A stretch of DNA of 64,000 nucleotides from a virus. Position numbers and translations under genes: made by a program. The stretch is from IMG/VR virus record IMGVR_UViG_3300031823_000001, positions 1 to 64,000 of that record; one strand, written 5' to 3'. The notes beneath the pieces are model-generated. The model was not told the origin of the DNA. It worked only from the letters and a program-made list of their open reading frames with translations, and made no database searches. Positions within the stretch are counted from its first letter, which is position 1, and each line of letters begins with the position of its first letter. Shown here piece by piece: positions 61,488-64,000 of the stretch.

Positions 61488-61574
61488 TGGAGGCGACACC
61501 TGGTGCCGGCCCAGGTCTGTCCGCGAGGACGGCGGATTTACAGTCCGCTGGGCGTGCTGCCGCCCACTGCCGCC
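61488..61574 (-). tRNA. Atypical tRNA-Tyr(GUA)
   Basis: GCGGA-CT-GTA-AA-TCCGC, long variable arm, encoded CCA; T-loop GCCGGCA and no D-loop GG. Confidence 0.7.
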
Positions 61575-61577
61575 ATT

Positions 61578-61739
61578 TGGCGCGAGCCCCTGGATTCTGC
61601 CAGGACTCCTCCGGGTGGAACCGGAGCGTGCTGTCCGGGGACGTTATCCATGGTTTCGTCCCCTTCGCATCGAGGTCCCTGTCCAGTCAGGCCCGTGCGC
61701 ACGGACCTGGCCGGAGCCGGCCTCTTACACCAGACTCGC
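61578..61739 (-). ncRNA. CCA-ended tRNA-like RNA with about 90-nt structured D-loop insertion
   Basis: Acceptor GCGAGTC/GGCTCGC-G-CCA; anticodon-like arm CTCCG-GTTCCACC-CGGAG; T-arm CCTGG-CAGAAT-CCAGG. Confidence 0.65.
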
Positions 61740-61740
61740 G

Positions 61741-61813
61741 TAGGCAATGACGGACTTGAACCGCCGACCTCTCCGGTGTGAACGGAGCGCTCTTCCAACT
61801 GAGCTAATCGCCC
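61741..61813 (-). tRNA. tRNA-Val(CAC)
   Basis: Loop TT-CAC-AC. Confidence 0.9.
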
Positions 61814-61814
61814 T

Positions 61815-61891
61815 TGGGGTGAATGACGAGGCTTGAACTCGCGACCTCCGGTACCACAAACCGGCGCTCTGCCGACTGAGCTACACCCACC
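61815..61891 (-). tRNA. tRNA-His(GUG)
   Basis: G-1:C73, loop TT-GTG-GT, encoded CCA. Confidence 0.92.
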
Positions 61892-61950
61892 ATGAGGACG
61901 ACGGGGGACTGAGCCCGAAGGCGGTGTCAGCCTGCTCACCTGTCGTCCAG

Positions 61951-62023
61951 TGCGGGCGGAGGGACTCGAACCCCCAACACGATGCTCCGTAGGCACCAGC
62001 TCTATCCATTGAGCTACGTCCGC
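61951..62023 (-). tRNA. tRNA-Arg(ACG)
   Basis: Loop CT-ACG-GA. Confidence 0.9.
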
Positions 62024-62061
62024 ATTAACGGGGCGGTCCCCAGGTGCCGCCGGGGACCGCT

Positions 62062-62140
62062 AAGAGGAGGCAGGGCTCGAACCTGCAATGCGTGGGCTGG
62101 CATCCCGCGCGCCAACGTCTACCAATTCCGCCACTCCTCA
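62062..62140 (-). tRNA. Atypical or pseudo tRNA, anticodon ambiguous (GCC or CGG)
   Basis: Leu-like D arm TGGCGGAATTGGTAGACG, canonical T arm GCAGGTTCGAGCCCTGC, irregular anticodon arm. Confidence 0.55.
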
Positions 62141-62144
62141 CCCG

Positions 62145-62217
62145 TGGGCGTACCTGGGATCGAACCAGGGACCTCTTCCGTGTCAGGGAAACGCGCGTTC
62201 CGCTGCGCTACACGCCC
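62145..62217 (-). tRNA. tRNA-Val(GAC)
   Basis: Loop CT-GAC-AC. Confidence 0.9.
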
Positions 62218-62299
62218 AGATACCGCAGCCTGTTCAGTCTCAGGTCCGTCCCCGGAGGGATGCGAGTCCCGGGCCTAGGCCCGGGAGGTCGCTGCGGCG

Positions 62300-62373
62300 C
62301 GGTCGTGACGGGACTCGAACCCGCGATCTCCTCCTTGACAGGGAGGTGAGCACTCCGTCTGCTCTGCACAACC
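62300..62373 (-). tRNA. tRNA-Asp(GUC)
   Basis: Loop CT-GTC-AA; G73; C at position 8. Confidence 0.88.
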
Positions 62374-62450
62374 ATGCCTGCTGCACCTTGGCGTCGGTGC
62401 TTCCCTCCCCGGACGGCCCGGGTGGTGTCGGAGCGTGCAGGACCGCTCGG

Positions 62451-62522
62451 CTCCGGTACCTGGACTCGAACCAGGAGGCGCGGATTAACAGTCCGCTCGT
62501 TTACCGATTAACGGACACCGGA
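62451..62522 (-). tRNA. tRNA-Asn(GUU)
   Basis: Loop CT-GTT-AA; G73. Confidence 0.88.
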
Positions 62523-62703
62523 ATGGTTCCCCGCTTCCGGTCAGCAGTGCGGGGAGAACTGCGTTCCGAAGACCACCGGGAGCGACCCGGTGCCGACCTT
62601 GCCCTTTCTGAGAGCCGGCCGGGCCAGGGCCGGTGGACGGCCAGGCGGTAGCGTTCTGCCTCCCTTACACCCGGGCGTAAAGGCGCTAGGCCTGTCTCTC
62701 TCG

Positions 62704-62776
62704 TAGCGGAGGCAGGACTTGAACCTGCGACCTCTGGGTTATGAGCCCAGCGAGCTACCGGCTGCTCCACTCCGCG
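62704..62776 (-). tRNA. Initiator tRNA-fMet(CAU)
   Basis: C1:U72 mismatch, three G-C pairs in the anticodon stem, CT-CAT-AA. Confidence 0.92.
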
Positions 62777-62891
62777 TCGTGCTCCCAGGGTATCCCGGGA
62801 GGTATCTGTCTCGCACCTGCGAATTTCAGCCCACCAGTGCAAGCGCCCGGATGCCGTAAGAGGGCCGTCCTCTCGCTCCGGCATCCCCAGG

Positions 62892-62963
62892 TGGCCCCAG
62901 ACGGTTCCGACCCGTCTTCTCCTGCTTGAAAGGCAAGCGGCCTAGCCATTGGCCGATGGGGTC
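62892..62963 (-). tRNA. tRNA-Glu(UUC), variant T-loop
   Basis: Loop CT-TTC-AA; T-loop GTCGGAA; A2:C71 mismatch. Confidence 0.8.
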
Positions 62964-63009
62964 TAGAATGTTACTCGCCGAGTCGGCTGACAACACCTAT
63001 ACTTAATTC

Positions 63010-63414
63010 ATGAACACCACCACTCAAGGAGAAATAAGCGAAGGCCACGTCATCGCGCACCTACTGAAGCGCGGCTACGCCGTGTCCATACCATTCGGTA
63101 ACAACCAGCGATATGACCTTGTAATCGATGACGGAAGCCATTTGTGGCGAGCCCAGACAAAAACAGCTCGGCTAGAAAAGGGCTGCCTGGTGTTCAATTG
63201 CAGCAATAACGGATACAAGGGCGTACGCAAGACGTATCAGGGGCAGATCGACCTCTTCCTGATCTACAGCCCACACACAGATAAGGTCTATCGGGTACCC
63301 ATCGAAGCAGCTACTGTCACGTCGATGATGCTGCGTATCGACCCGACCAGGGCAGGGAGCCCCAAGTCACCGAAGCATCCGATCAAGTGGGCTAGCGACT
63401 ACGAGCTGACCTGA
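63010..63414 (+). CDS. PD-(D/E)xK homing endonuclease (group I intron-associated, I-Ssp6803I-like family), free-standing
   Basis: GEISE..VIAHLLKRGY.VS.PFG.NQRYDLVID...RAQTKT; low GC; TATACT-N6-ATG. Confidence 0.85.
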   Translation: MNTTTQGEISEGHVIAHLLKRGYAVSIPFGNNQRYDLVIDDGSHLWRAQTKTARLEKGCLVFNCSNNGYKGVRKTYQGQIDLFLIYSPHTDKVYRVPIEAATVTSMMLRIDPTRAGSPKSPKHPIKWASDYELT

Positions 63415-63415
63415 G

Positions 63416-63490
63416 TGGTCCCGACGGGATTCGAACCCGTGTCAGTTGGTTGAGAACCAACCATCCTGAACCTGACTAGACGACAGGACC
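63416..63490 (-). tRNA. tRNA-Glu(CUC)
   Basis: Loop TT-CTC-AA. Confidence 0.9.
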
Positions 63491-63578
63491 ATGTTCCGCA
63501 CGGCTTGACCGACCGCCGGAGAGCACCCGGGGCTAGCAACCGGGTTCACGGGGCCGTCTTTAAGCGCGGCCGTTCAAG

Positions 63579-63651
63579 TGCGCCATGAGGGTCTCGAACC
63601 CTCGGCCAGCCCCTTAGAAGGAGGCTGCTCTGTCCGCTGAGCTAATGGCGC
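63579..63651 (-). tRNA. tRNA-Arg(UCU)
   Basis: Loop CT-TCT-AA. Confidence 0.9.
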
Positions 63652-63660
63652 AGATGCTAG

Positions 63661-63733
63661 TGGGCCGCCAGGGGATCGAACCCTGAACCCGTCGGTTAAA
63701 AGCCGACAACTCTGCCGATTGAGTTAGCGGCCC
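63661..63733 (-). tRNA. tRNA-Lys(UUU)
   Basis: Loop CT-TTT-AA. Confidence 0.9.
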
Positions 63734-63784
63734 GCGATCGGTATTCGCCGGGCCTGTTTCTCGTACATGTTTTCTCCGTCCCGG

Positions 63785-63857
63785 TGGGCCGTGTACGGAT
63801 TGAACGCACGACTCTCACCTTATAAGGGTGCCACTCTTACCACTGAGTTAACGGCCC
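63785..63857 (-). tRNA. tRNA-Ile(UAU)
   Basis: GGGCCGT acceptor, loop CT-TAT-AA, A73. Confidence 0.85.
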
Positions 63858-63862
63858 CTGAG

Positions 63863-63935
63863 TAGCGGTAGAGGGGATCGAACCCCCGACAACCCGATCA
63901 TGAGTCGGGCGCTCTGCCGACTGAGCTACACCGCC
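63863..63935 (-). tRNA. tRNA-Met(CAU), elongator type
   Basis: GGCGGTG acceptor; loop CT-CAT-GA (G37). Confidence 0.85.
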
Positions 63936-64000
63936 ATGGCGCACCCGGGGTCCCTCACAGCCTCCTGGCGAGCCAGGCTGCCGACCTACCCATCCGGTCG

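Noticed and set aside
61643-61692. Hammerhead ribozyme in the tRNA-like insert (CTGA...GACGAAAC on the minus strand)
   Set aside because: CUGANGA core is not intact (CTGACTG) and stem II does not close; kept only as a self-cleavage test.
62981-63003. PafBC (RecA-NDp) DNA-damage promoter upstream of the PD-(D/E)xK gene
   Set aside because: AGTCGG-N11-TATACT deviates from the recalled TGTCGG-N10-TAnnnT consensus in sequence and spacing.
63491-63578. Additional tRNA in the Glu-Arg spacer
   Set aside because: Has hairpins but no CCA, T-arm or convincing cloverleaf.
1-64000. Integrase, terminase, tail sheath, lysin, rRNA, IS elements or host chromosomal genes
   Set aside because: No recognisable motifs in this window; lifestyle (lytic, prophage or plasmid-like) cannot be determined here.

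Overview
High-GC (about 70%) segment of a large tailed actinobacteriophage. The major capsid protein, the capsid accessory protein, the portal and the head-protease-like protein resemble, from memory and not from a search, those of Cluster C (Bxz1-like) mycobacteriophage myoviruses. WhiB and DUF397 genes suggest a filamentous actinomycete host. Layout: (1) 1-19.85 kb, dense minus-strand small early/accessory genes (Nudix, WhiB, ParB-like, C5 DNA methyltransferase, HNH, and a Gly-Gly-terminated ubiquitin-like protein with a coupled partner). (2) 19.9-45.4 kb, plus-strand head genes (portal, fibre proteins, two giant modular proteins, decoration protein, MCP) interrupted by small promoter-bearing cassettes. 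(3) 45.5-51 kb, plus-strand accessory genes (endonuclease, vWA, DUF397). (4) 51-60.6 kb, minus-strand neck/virion genes. (5) 61-64 kb, a minus-strand tRNA array running off the window. Main observations: CCA-ended non-canonical tRNA-like RNAs packed flush between normal tRNAs; head polyproteins whose cargo domains are delimited by a recurring [RKF]-x-(T/E/H)-A motif; an 18-bp pseudo-palindromic promoter/operator in 14 copies; a candidate late-promoter motif CCCCGGAAG; AT-rich recoded patches in essential genes next to homing endonucleases; and a two-gene GG-protein module. All functional calls come from visual motif reading only.
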